From the IMG/VR virus record IMGVR_UViG_3300037827_000551, positions 19,519 through 83,518 of that record: a DNA stretch of 64,000 nucleotides; one strand, 5' to 3'. The notes under the pieces are model-generated. The model ran no database searches. It worked only from the letters and a program-made list of their open reading frames with translations, and was not told the DNA's origin. The translations under genes and the position numbers were made by a program. Below are positions 38,964 to 48,241 of the stretch, piece by piece (the first letter of the stretch is position 1; every line of letters starts with the position of its first letter). This DNA is from a virus.

Positions 38964-39377
38964 TTGATAGAAATCAATACACGAAATACCCTGTTTAGCC
39001 CCCGAATGGCCCGTCACGTGGTTGACGGCACCGAGCGAATCGAGGGCCAGTTCTATCCGCTTCTGCCAACTCCACAGCGATTCGCCTATTGGACTCCGTC
39101 GATCGTCGAGGCCGTGGTGACCACGGCGATACCGCCTTTCAATTCATCGACGAATTCCTACGGTATCGGAGCGGCCCAGATCTACCTCGATGACGCGAAT
39201 TCGGTGACCCAGGTTGATGCGGCATATTTGCAGCCTGAAGGGGCGAACACGAATTCAGTGGTGGTGCTGAATTGGTTGACAGGGACTGGCACGATCGCCG
39301 TCAACACGCATATTCTGATCGCCCCCCGTAATGGAAACTGGCGACTCGTAACAGGTGATTGCAACAATAGTGGATAG
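38964..39377 (+). CDS. tail tip protein
   Basis: position. Confidence 0.55.
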   Translation: MIEINTRNTLFSPRMARHVVDGTERIEGQFYPLLPTPQRFAYWTPSIVEAVVTTAIPPFNSSTNSYGIGAAQIYLDDANSVTQVDAAYLQPEGANTNSVVVLNWLTGTGTIAVNTHILIAPRNGNWRLVTGDCNNSG

Positions 39378-39402
39378 GAGATAAGACATCGCCACCCTTC
39401 AG

Positions 39403-41337
39403 ATGTATGATCGCACGCGAGAGACTAGTTCTACAAATGGAACCGGCACCATTTCGCTTCTCGGGGCCGTCACGGGGTATCAGTCCTTCGCGGTGAGCGT
39501 GGGCGATGGCAATCAGTCGTATTACACGATCGCGGATCAGACTGGGGGGAACTGGGAGGTTGGGATTGGGACCTACACCCTCTCTGGATCAACCCTATCC
39601 CGCACTACGGTTCTCTCCTCATCCAATTCCAACGCCCTGGTCTCATTCGGATCTAATGTCAAGGATGTCTTCGTCACCTGTCCCGCCACGATCCTGACTG
39701 AGATAGGCACCGGTGGTGGGACTGTCACGTCATTCAACACCGGCGCGGGACTCACTGGTGGTCCTATTACAACAACCGGAACCGTCGCCGTTAACTCTAA
39801 CGGCATCACGGCCGGCCTATTTCGCCAGTCAAATTCATTTAGTCTCGTGGGAAACCCCACGAACGCCACAGCGAACGTCGCCGATATCTCCCTGGGATCA
39901 GGGTTGTCGTTCTCCGGAAATTCCCTGGTTGCGGCTGTCGGCACTGGCACCGTGACCCAAGTCAACACGGGCACCGGGCTTGTGGGTGGCCCGATCAACA
40001 CGACGGGAACGATCAGCCTGAATTCACCTGTGGTGGTCGCCAACGGTGGCACGGGTCTCATGACCCTGCCAAATGGGGCGGTTCTGATCGGCAACGGGAC
40101 GAGCGTCGTCAACTTCGCCGTCACGGGCACGAACGGCCAACTCCTGATCGATCAGGGCTCAGGCAACAACCCAGCTTTCGAGCCCATGTCAGGCGATGCG
40201 GTTATTGCGAAAACCGGAGCGATCACGGTTAGTAAGACCAATGGAACGTCCTTTGCTCCGTCGGCCACGATTGATGCGACTAACGCCGGCAATATCACCA
40301 ACGGCACCCTTGTTGTCGCCCACGGTGGCACGAGCATTAATTCGACGTCGCCGTACGCCCTTTTGTGCGGTGGAACCAATTCCACGGCACCTCTTCAGCA
40401 GGTCGGCAGCCTCGGCAATTCCGGCTATGTACTGACCTCGAACGGCAATGGGTCGCTTCCAGTCTGGACATCGCCATCATCAGGGGGCACCGTCACCTCG
40501 ATCACTGCGGGGACTGGACTAAATGGGGGTACGATCACGACGTCCGGCACGTTCAGCCTGAATTCACCTGTGGTGGTCGCCAACGGTGGCACGGGAAATA
40601 CTAGCCTGACGGCCTACGCGGTTCTTTGCGGCGGCACGAATTCGACGGCGGCCCTTCAGCAAGTGAGTGGATTAGGGACCAACGGACAGGTGCTCACATC
40701 GGCTGGAGCAGGGGCATTGCCGGCATGGCAGCCCGGCGGTGGCGGATCGGGCACCGTGAACTCGGGGACCACCCCGCAGGTCGCCTGGTACGCATCCAAT
40801 GGCACGACCGTCTCAGGTCGAGCTGGACGCTACGCCCTCTTCACGATGACCGCCACGGCGACGGTAGTCAATACGGGCACTGAAACCACCCTGATCGGCT
40901 CGGGTACTGGCTCGCTCACGATTCCAACAGCGGATATTATCGCGGGCAAGACAGTCCGTTTTAGAGCCATGGGCTATTGGTCGAGTTTGGGGGCGGTCGC
41001 GGGTAATGTCACGTTTAACTTCAAGGCTGGCTCGAATGTGCTGGCGACGAGCGGGGCGGTCGCGGTCCCCTTAAGCCTAAGTAACGACTACTGGGAAGTG
41101 ACGGCCGAGATCACGATCTACTCAATCGGGGGCTCCGGCACTGTTTGGACCCAAGGGAAATTCCTATCCGAAACCCCGGCACTCGGGGCCTTTGTCGCGG
41201 GCATGGTGACGACGACGCCATCCAATTTCGCGGGGACTCCGCTCACGAATCCTCTTGATCTCACGATCACGTGGTCGGTGCCGTCGTCGTCAAACACGAT
41301 CACTTGCACTAACGTCGCTGTTGACACCATAAACTGA
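39403..41337 (+). CDS. tail fibre protein (possible real start at ATC 39388)
   Basis: DR.RET.ST.GTGTI.L.GAV.GYQSF...WEVGIGT N-domain; GTVTS..GL.GG and NGGTG repeats; exact 43-bp repeat at 40013-40055 and 40553-40595. Confidence 0.85.
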   Translation: MYDRTRETSSTNGTGTISLLGAVTGYQSFAVSVGDGNQSYYTIADQTGGNWEVGIGTYTLSGSTLSRTTVLSSSNSNALVSFGSNVKDVFVTCPATILTEIGTGGGTVTSFNTGAGLTGGPITTTGTVAVNSNGITAGLFRQSNSFSLVGNPTNATANVADISLGSGLSFSGNSLVAAVGTGTVTQVNTGTGLVGGPINTTGTISLNSPVVVANGGTGLMTLPNGAVLIGNGTSVVNFAVTGTNGQLLIDQGSGNNPAFEPMSGDAVIAKTGAITVSKTNGTSFAPSATIDATNAGNITNGTLVVAHGGTSINSTSPYALLCGGTNSTAPLQQVGSLGNSGYVLTSNGNGSLPVWTSPSSGGTVTSITAGTGLNGGTITTSGTFSLNSPVVVANGGTGNTSLTAYAVLCGGTNSTAALQQVSGLGTNGQVLTSAGAGALPAWQPGGGGSGTVNSGTTPQVAWYASNGTTVSGRAGRYALFTMTATATVVNTGTETTLIGSGTGSLTIPTADIIAGKTVRFRAMGYWSSLGAVAGNVTFNFKAGSNVLATSGAVAVPLSLSNDYWEVTAEITIYSIGGSGTVWTQGKFLSETPALGAFVAGMVTTTPSNFAGTPLTNPLDLTITWSVPSSSNTITCTNVAVDTIN

Positions 41338-42512
41338 TGCTGGGAATCGCACCCGAATCCGCGACTCCGATTTCCGCTCTCTGGCCACTGGAAGTTCCTG
41401 GCCCGGCTCCGAGCGGTGGCCCTGGCATCGGCTGGCTTGCGTGCGGTTGTTGCGCGGGTGGCTGTTCGGTAACCATTTGCATAACCGGCTGCCCGGACGG
41501 AACCCCACTCCCTGGCGCCAGCGTTACAGTCTTGAGCGGTGGCATTCCGGTCAGCGATTGTACCACGTCAGTGATCGCCGGTTGTTGCGTGGTATCGATC
41601 CCGTCAAGCGGACTGTACGAGGTCATGATTGCCGCCAGCGGTTATATCACTTATAGTATAACCCAGACCTTGACATGCGGTGATTCGTACGTGATCGAGA
41701 TGACCCCGACCGGGTTGTCGGCCGTCATGTTTTCGATCGGCGGCTGCAATGCGATATTTTCCATGCTCCCCGGCGCGCTCTGCGAGGTCGCGGGGCAATC
41801 CTGCACTACAGACGCACTTGGCCAGTGCACGATCTCGTACGTGCCCGCTGGAACTTATACTTGGACTGTGAGCAAATCTCGTTATGCCACACAGAGCGGC
41901 TCTATTACAGTTTCAGCTTGCGGTACAGGATTCGTAACTCTTAACCTTTTGCCGGCGAGCGGATATGCCTTCGTCTATTCCAGCCCAGGAATTTGCTGCT
42001 ACCAGGACCCGGCTCCGACCACGCTTTCGTTGACCGACACAGCAACTGGGGCGTGCGCGATGGCGTACAGTTCCTTGACCCAGGTCTGGACTGGGTCAGT
42101 GACATGGGACTTCCCATCTTACTGCGCTTTATCGGCATCTCCAGGATCTGTGATTACTTACACGTGGCCATCAACTGTCGCTGGCTATCCTGGTTGCGGA
42201 GTTGGAATTAGCATCGCTCCACCGTCGTGTGCCAATGGGCTTGAGGTTAGTAATTTCGCTCCACCGCCGAATCCATGCTGCATTAATCAGGTTGGATACT
42301 ATTTGACCGAATGCTGTGTCGGTGACCCGTCTTGTGGGCCGCAGTCATTGACCCTGAGTGCCGACGTTCCGGTCGACGTCGAGCAGGTCATGACACCATG
42401 TGACCCGACTGGGATTTTCGACGGTGATGGCATCTATATTTGCAGTTGCGGAAACACGGGTGGTTGCTGCTATTCGGCTGGAGCCGCCAACACAATCACG
42501 ATCACGGAGTGA
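41337..42512 (+). CDS. Cys-rich tail-associated protein with carboxypeptidase-regulatory-like domains
   Basis: MLGIAP.S.TPISAL N-motif; PLPGA.V.V...Y.V.....GY twice; many CC pairs. Confidence 0.65.
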   Translation: MLGIAPESATPISALWPLEVPGPAPSGGPGIGWLACGCCAGGCSVTICITGCPDGTPLPGASVTVLSGGIPVSDCTTSVIAGCCVVSIPSSGLYEVMIAASGYITYSITQTLTCGDSYVIEMTPTGLSAVMFSIGGCNAIFSMLPGALCEVAGQSCTTDALGQCTISYVPAGTYTWTVSKSRYATQSGSITVSACGTGFVTLNLLPASGYAFVYSSPGICCYQDPAPTTLSLTDTATGACAMAYSSLTQVWTGSVTWDFPSYCALSASPGSVITYTWPSTVAGYPGCGVGISIAPPSCANGLEVSNFAPPPNPCCINQVGYYLTECCVGDPSCGPQSLTLSADVPVDVEQVMTPCDPTGIFDGDGIYICSCGNTGGCCYSAGAANTITITE

Positions 42513-42514
42513 TT

Positions 42515-42904
42515 ATGGAGTGGCCCGAGGCTCTTGAATCCGAGGTGGCTCGCACCAAGAATGAACGACTCCGCGAACTGTGCGGCGAGACACATCCGGA
42601 TCACGTGGTCCACCGCCAGCGAGTCTTGGCTAAGGCAATAAATGGACCGAAAGCCCTCGCGTATCCGTCATTGCTAGAGCAGGCGGGAAACGCCATTGGG
42701 GCTCTCGGTCGAGTTGCTGGAGCGGCTATTCAGGGGAAACCGGTTCTGGTTGATATTGACGAGAAGAACCGACGGCTGGCGATTTGTGACACATGCGAGT
42801 TTTTTGATCACGCTCGGGAGCGATGTTCAAAGTGTGGATGTCCCGCCAAGCTCAAGGTGGCACTAGCTACCGAGATTGGGCACTGTCCTATCGGACTTTG
42901 GTGA
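42515..42904 (+). CDS. DUF6171-like Cys-cluster protein
   Basis: RRLAICDTC...RCSKCGC...K......CPIGLW. Confidence 0.65.
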   Translation: MEWPEALESEVARTKNERLRELCGETHPDHVVHRQRVLAKAINGPKALAYPSLLEQAGNAIGALGRVAGAAIQGKPVLVDIDEKNRRLAICDTCEFFDHARERCSKCGCPAKLKVALATEIGHCPIGLW

Positions 42905-43045
42905 TCTGGGGCATGTAATACGGTTCCAGTTTCGGCGAATGGTTCGGTTTCCCCGCATGTAGATCGGGGACCGAGAGCCGCTCGATGATGAGCGACGCCG
43001 CGATAACCGAGGTGGCAAGCACAAGCCCGACGGCAAGGCACTGGA

Positions 43046-43513
43046 TCATTCCACGCATTTCCGATTCTCCTCAATAAGCCCAAGAGCCGTTCTTAAGCAC
43101 TCTTCCCCAAGTCTGACACAGTCAAATGAACGTTTCTCGCATTCATTGCATCTCTGGGATGCCAGGGAATGGAACAGCGCCAACAGGGCAAAAGCCTCAA
43201 ATGAACGTTTCTCGCATTCATTGCATCTCTGGGGGCAGACCCAAGATGGGTTACCGATGATCGCGGCTACATCTTGGGCGGTCGCAGTTTCCAGGTTTAA
43301 CTGTTCAAGTTTGGCGAAGATGTCATCGCTGCGCTCGTCACCCAGTACTTCAACATCTTGTGGGTACTGCGATTTCCACCGCGATGCCACCGACCGGACT
43401 TGCTCTCGCTCATTCATGATTTGCACGCTATCGACTCCATCAAGAACCTGGGTGATCGACCGAAGATTTTCCGATCGGCTTTTTTCGACCGCCGTCGAGG
43501 TGGCATGCGACAC
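43046..43513 (-). CDS. hypothetical CxxC protein carrying an in-frame 75-bp insertion/duplication
   Basis: QRCNECEKRSF occurs twice. Confidence 0.6.
   Translation of the reverse strand: MSHATSTAVEKSRSENLRSITQVLDGVDSVQIMNEREQVRSVASRWKSQYPQDVEVLGDERSDDIFAKLEQLNLETATAQDVAAIIGNPSWVCPQRCNECEKRSFEAFALLALFHSLASQRCNECEKRSFDCVRLGEECLRTALGLIEENRKCVE
43122..43233. repeat. two 37-bp direct repeats flanking a 38-bp copy of 21933-21970
   Basis: TCAAATGAACGTTTCTCGCATTCATTGCATCTCTGGG at 43122-43158 and 43197-43233. Confidence 0.95.
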
Positions 43514-43954
43514 AGGCTGATCTTGTCGCTTTGGGGTTGCCTACGGCATTGACGATAACTCCGACGAGTTGATCATTGAGATAAAGTTCGTTGGTTATGG
43601 GGTCGAAACAATCGAAGCGGATCGCGTCACCGCAAATCGAGCACGACCTCTCTTTTGCAACCGTCATCATAATCCGTCCTAGTTCTGGTTTTGCCTGAAT
43701 TTTCGCCCATTCCTTGAAAATCACGTCGGGATCAAAATTCGTATTATTGGCGGCATTGAACCGCACCACGACAGCCTTGATCTCTCGTTCCCACACTTCA
43801 TACGATTTGAGAAAGTTGGCTTGGGACACGGGCCAGATCAGGGCGAATAGCTCGGTTTTCACTTGTTCGTGGATTCCGGACACCATTGCCACTGGATTGC
43901 GATTGAAGCGGAGGAGTGCGAGAAAGGGATCAAACTGAGCGTCGTCGTCGATCC

Positions 43955-44329
43955 TCATTGCCACTTCCTCCACAAAAGCACCGCGCTCAATCCAATAGCC
44001 CACAGAACCCACGACGATGGTTCGGGAACGCCTCCGCCTTGTGGTGGGCCTGGCGGTGACGAAGACTGCGTCACGTGTCCTGGAGTCGACGGAGGCGGCT
44101 CGCTCGCGACGAGTGACTCCTTGATCCATTCGCCGAGCCGGGGATGATAGTGAGTGAATCGCAGGGGATTGAGTTCGTACCTGGCCTCGATATAGATCAC
44201 AAATGGCGTGGACGGTAGGATGTCGCCGTGGGTCTCGCGATAGGCTTCGAGGACCTTGTTTTCGTGGGCCTCAAAACTCCGCGTGATCCACTCGGGGTTG
44301 AATTTGGGTAGCGGGTCAACTCGGGACAT
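43955..44329 (-). CDS. PEP-CTERM sorting-domain protein
   Basis: C-terminal VPEPSS + hydrophobic helix + RK. Confidence 0.8.
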   Translation of the reverse strand: MSRVDPLPKFNPEWITRSFEAHENKVLEAYRETHGDILPSTPFVIYIEARYELNPLRFTHYHPRLGEWIKESLVASEPPPSTPGHVTQSSSPPGPPQGGGVPEPSSWVLWAIGLSAVLLWRKWQ

Positions 44330-44424
44330 TGGGGTCTCCTCAGCAAGAACAAGAGAAATACTTGGCTAGTTTGTCTGGGGCGATTAGGTTTCCAGGGCGT
44401 CAGTCGCCACGGTTCGCTTGTTGC

Positions 44425-44928
44425 TCACTGGGTTATCCTTCCGGGTTTGTCTTCTGCCGCGAAGTCCATTCCAGATCGCAAGCCATTGACACTGTCAAGA
44501 ATCGCTGATGGGGCATAACCACCGCGAACCGTGGCGAGCCAACCTTTATAAGAGGCGGTCTCGCCCCCAAAGGCACTGGCCCCATTATCGACCAGCCATT
44601 GGGCCAACTCTTCAGGCGTGGCGAATGCGGGGCTGATTGGGGTCCCTTCGGTCGTGTTCTCATACATCATGTAATGGGTTGGCTCCTCGGTCCACACTGG
44701 ACGATAATAACCTTGTTCCGGAGGATTGCCCGACCAATCCCAATAATAACGATGGTCGGCCTTGTATTCGGCGCAATCAGGATGGGTTCCATCTCGCCAC
44801 GCATCACATTTTTGAAGCCACTCCTCGGCGGCGGAATCGTAATCCTTGTCGTACATTGGCAGGAAGTGGCCATCCTCGTTTAGTGGATGCTGCCAATCTT
44901 TGGGAACTCGTCTCACTTCGCGACCCAT
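44425..44928 (-). CDS. conserved phage protein (MGREVRRVP..W.HP / E.T.EGTPISP.F)
   Basis: recognisable motifs; GGAG SD. Confidence 0.75.
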   Translation of the reverse strand: MGREVRRVPKDWQHPLNEDGHFLPMYDKDYDSAAEEWLQKCDAWRDGTHPDCAEYKADHRYYWDWSGNPPEQGYYRPVWTEEPTHYMMYENTTEGTPISPAFATPEELAQWLVDNGASAFGGETASYKGWLATVRGGYAPSAILDSVNGLRSGMDFAAEDKPGRITQ

Positions 44929-44972
44929 TCGGAATTCTCCTCTGGAGGGATAAACTAGGACTCGAAAATGGC

Positions 44973-45260
44973 TTAGCCCTTCTCCCAATAATGTGGAATC
45001 GGTTCGCCTTTCTTGGCATTGCGGCAAACATTAGCAATCCATTTCAGTTTTTTCTCCAAAAGGTCCGGATTATTATGGCGATAATTGTACTCGACTTCTT
45101 GGAGAGAAGTTTTCTCTAGAATTTTGTGGATCACATCGTCAAAGTAGCGAGCAAGAACGAGAAGTCGAAACTCGTCCGAGTCATGAGAACCACACTGAAG
45201 TCGACTCTGAATCCGCATGAAATCGGGGTCATCCAAGCTGACGCGAAGGATCGGATTCAC
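44973..45260 (-). CDS. hypothetical protein
   Basis: AAGGAG SD before GTG. Confidence 0.55.
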   Translation of the reverse strand: MNPILRVSLDDPDFMRIQSRLQCGSHDSDEFRLLVLARYFDDVIHKILEKTSLQEVEYNYRHNNPDLLEKKLKWIANVCRNAKKGEPIPHYWEKG

Positions 45261-45326
45261 GGTTTAACTCCTTGTGATGTTCGATTGATCGGTGGCCTGT
45301 TCTCGCTTGGTGAACAATACGCAAAC

Positions 45327-45358
45327 TGTATTGACTTGTCAAGACACTTTGGTAATAT
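45327..45358 (+). promoter_or_regulatory. promoter with tandem TGTCWWGACA-like operator
   Basis: TGTATTGACT+TGTCAAGACA; TTGACT-N16-TAATAT. Confidence 0.65.
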
Positions 45359-45400
45359 TTGAGCAGGTAACAGGACTCCCTATTCATAAGGTGAATCACG

Positions 45401-45604
45401 ATGTCTAGAAGCAACCCACGTATTCGTCGCGGTTATCGATTTACCCCCCAGGCCGTCCGCGAAATCAATGCCCTGTCCGTTCACTTTGAGGGATTGGATA
45501 AAACACGGGTAATTGAGAATGCAGTCCATGAAAAGGCTGTACGGGAAGGACTTGCTGAGGATTCTCCGAAAAAACCTTTGAAAAATTCTAGCAAACTGTC
45601 TTGA
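45401..45604 (+). CDS. ribbon-helix-helix regulator
   Basis: RGYRFTPQAVREINAL......KTRVIENAV. Confidence 0.65.
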   Translation: MSRSNPRIRRGYRFTPQAVREINALSVHFEGLDKTRVIENAVHEKAVREGLAEDSPKKPLKNSSKLS

Positions 45605-45629
45605 CACGTCTAGACAGTTTCGATATAAA
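45597..45629 (+). promoter_or_regulatory. near-consensus sigma70 promoter with tandem palindromic operator
   Basis: TGTCTTGACA+CGTCTAGACA; TTGACA-N17-TATAAA. Confidence 0.85.
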
Positions 45630-45683
45630 TTTGGCTGTGGAGACGAGGAGAATCGGGACGACGCGGATGGGGGGGACGAAGCA

Positions 45684-46274
45684 ATGGATCAAGATTCTTC
45701 TGCAAGAGAACCTACCAAGCAAGCTGACGAAAGGCGACCAGAAAAAGCAAGCATGAATCCAAAACTGATCGAACTGAAGGGCGGCGAGTTCATCGACCCG
45801 TCATTTATCATGGCTGTGAGCTGGGGGCCAAATCCAATGAATGCACTTGAAAACTCCGACAGTCTCAAATGCATGAAGCCTTGGGTCACAATCTTCTGGG
45901 GAGAACAGCGATCGACCTGCATTAGATGTGGCAGCACATCAGAGGCCAAGGATTATTGTGGCAGTATCGCGGCAATGGTCAATCAGAATCAGCAAGACAT
46001 GAAGGCCGAGGAAGCCGCCAAACTGCTCGCTGCCTGCAATCGGACAGCCGGTCAACTAATTGCGATTTTGATGAAGGGTGGCCTTGGAGTCTCAGAGGCG
46101 GCGTACAAAGAGCACGACGCCTACAAGGCCGCATTTCGTGCAATGGTCGGCCGCGATCCAGGGTGGGAAGATTACGAAGTTATGGGTGTTCATGATAACG
46201 AGCACAGAGAACCGGTTAGCGGAATGACGATCCGTGAGTGCCATCGGACCTCGTTTAAGGACTATTTTGAATGA
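45684..46274 (+). CDS. hypothetical protein
   Basis: first ORF after the promoter. Confidence 0.6.
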   Translation: MDQDSSAREPTKQADERRPEKASMNPKLIELKGGEFIDPSFIMAVSWGPNPMNALENSDSLKCMKPWVTIFWGEQRSTCIRCGSTSEAKDYCGSIAAMVNQNQQDMKAEEAAKLLAACNRTAGQLIAILMKGGLGVSEAAYKEHDAYKAAFRAMVGRDPGWEDYEVMGVHDNEHREPVSGMTIRECHRTSFKDYFE

Positions 46275-46957
46275 TCCAAGGCCAATCAATTACGGTGACC
46301 GGCACCGAAACCGGTATCGAAATTACCTGGCGGGAAAGCGGTAAGACCTGGATCGCCCGCCACCTGTTCAAGGACCAGGCGGACAAGATTCTCGGCGGCG
46401 CACTGTGGAATTCACAGCGGGATTTTCGGGCGAAGTGGGAACTCGTGGAGGATACTGATGGCATTCAATACCCGAATCATTCGGACGCGGCATCTTGAGT
46501 ATATCGGCACCGCTGGTGGCCACACTGGGGGGGTACTGGGTCGACACAAACGCGATTTTTTGGGGTGGATCGACGATGACAAAGCGTTGGCTCGGTGTCC
46601 CCGCGAATGGCTGGACGAGTTTATCGAGATTCGCGATCAGGTCGAGGAGGATTTTTTTGATTACTACTACGATTGTGGGGTTCATACTTTGAGGGACGAG
46701 TGAATGTGCGTACGAACTTGCCGCGATCTTGAGCCACACAGAAGTCATCTCTGGTGCCCTGAATGCCGGGATGACCTCGAAGCCCAGGATATCGCCAAAT
46801 ACGAGGCCAATACCCGAGCCGAGATGGCGGCGGCTTACTGGCCGAGCGAAGCGGAATTGAATCACTGGTTCACGATGCGGGAGTTGTCGGTGCCTGACGA
46901 CCCATTGGCGGTCTATCAAGAATGGTTTCAGCGGATTTGGGCTAAGGAGGACGAGAC

Positions 46958-47917
46958 ATGAATGATGAAATAGAGGCCCGTAGCTTCGAGAGTGGAGTCT
47001 ACGGAATGAACGTGATACCAACCGAAGGACTTACCAAAGAGCAGGTATTCGCCCTCCGTGGTATCGGAGCCTCAGATGCGGTGATCATATGTGGAAAGGG
47101 CCATCTCGGTTCATCGCGGCTCAAACTGTGGTACGAAAAACGGGAAGGGAAACCCTCGGGCGATCATGACGAATTCACCCGGAATCTTTTCCGTTGGGGA
47201 AACTGGCTTGAGGATGACATCGCGGCTTGTTTTGAGCAAGATCTGGGACTCAAGATCTCGGAAACACAGGTCTTGGTGGCGCACCCTGAATATCCGTGGG
47301 CAACAGCGCTGATCGACATGGTCACCGAGGACGGTCAGATCGCCGATTCCAAGGCTCACACCTGGATTGCGGCACGCAACTTAGTCGACGGCAACCCAAA
47401 TACACTGCCTGCCAAAGCCCACATTCAGGCGGCGTGGCAGATGTGGGTTTGCGACAAGCCATCAGCAAGATGGGCGTGCTTTGACGGAGCCAACCTTAAG
47501 CTCATGCACTTCCTGATCGATCGCGACGATGAACTGATCGAGACTGTCGTCGAGCTTGTCAGCCGATTCAAGGAAAGCGTTGACCTCGGCATTATGCCCA
47601 ACGAGTTTGACCCCGAAGATTGCGACTATCTGAAAAACCGGTTCACGCGGGTTAATGAGCAGGCGGAACTCGTTATCGAGGACCACGAACTTATTGATCA
47701 CGCCCGGCTTTATTTCGAGGCCAAGGAAGCCAGGTCCTACGCGGATGATCAGGTCGCTGTGCATGAGGCGGCATTACGACTGGCGACCGGCGATGCGGCG
47801 TTGGCTCGAATTGGGCCATATACGACAAAGCGGACGGAGCGGTCAAGGAAGGCGTCCACGACCAAGGCGTCGAGTTGGGTGGAGTTCAAGGTAATTGGTC
47901 CGAAGGAGGGGAGATGA
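46958..47917 (+). CDS. YqaJ / lambda-exonuclease-like recombination nuclease
   Basis: GIGASDA, L.LW.EK, G..LE, HPEYPW..A..D, DSK, Q..WQM. Confidence 0.85.
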   Translation: MNDEIEARSFESGVYGMNVIPTEGLTKEQVFALRGIGASDAVIICGKGHLGSSRLKLWYEKREGKPSGDHDEFTRNLFRWGNWLEDDIAACFEQDLGLKISETQVLVAHPEYPWATALIDMVTEDGQIADSKAHTWIAARNLVDGNPNTLPAKAHIQAAWQMWVCDKPSARWACFDGANLKLMHFLIDRDDELIETVVELVSRFKESVDLGIMPNEFDPEDCDYLKNRFTRVNEQAELVIEDHELIDHARLYFEAKEARSYADDQVAVHEAALRLATGDAALARIGPYTTKRTERSRKASTTKASSWVEFKVIGPKEGR

Positions 47918-48241
47918 GTAGGCAGTGTTGGTTTCGTCCGGCCCGCGTCTGGATCAACCCCCAGCCGGAAGCGGGAATTGTGGGCGGCTGGTTTCAGTCC
48001 TATTGGCGGTCTGGGATATTCCATTGTTTCGTGCAAGGTCACCAAGAGGACGAATGGGGACCGGGGAACTTTCCGGCGGCGATTGTCGAAGCATCCGACG
48101 GGACTGTCCATGTCACGTATGCGGAATGTGTTAATTTTGGAGTCACGAAACCGGAGGAGGGGAGATGAGTGAACCTGTCAGGCCGACGTGTGCGACGTGT
48201 CCGTATTGGGCCAAAAACCCTAACAACGAAAGAGGAACCGA

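Noticed and set aside
43122-43233. Bona fide CRISPR array
   Set aside because: Only two repeats, no leader or cas genes, no typical GAAA(C/G) end, and the repeat encodes the host gene's CxxC motif; kept as an insertion finding instead
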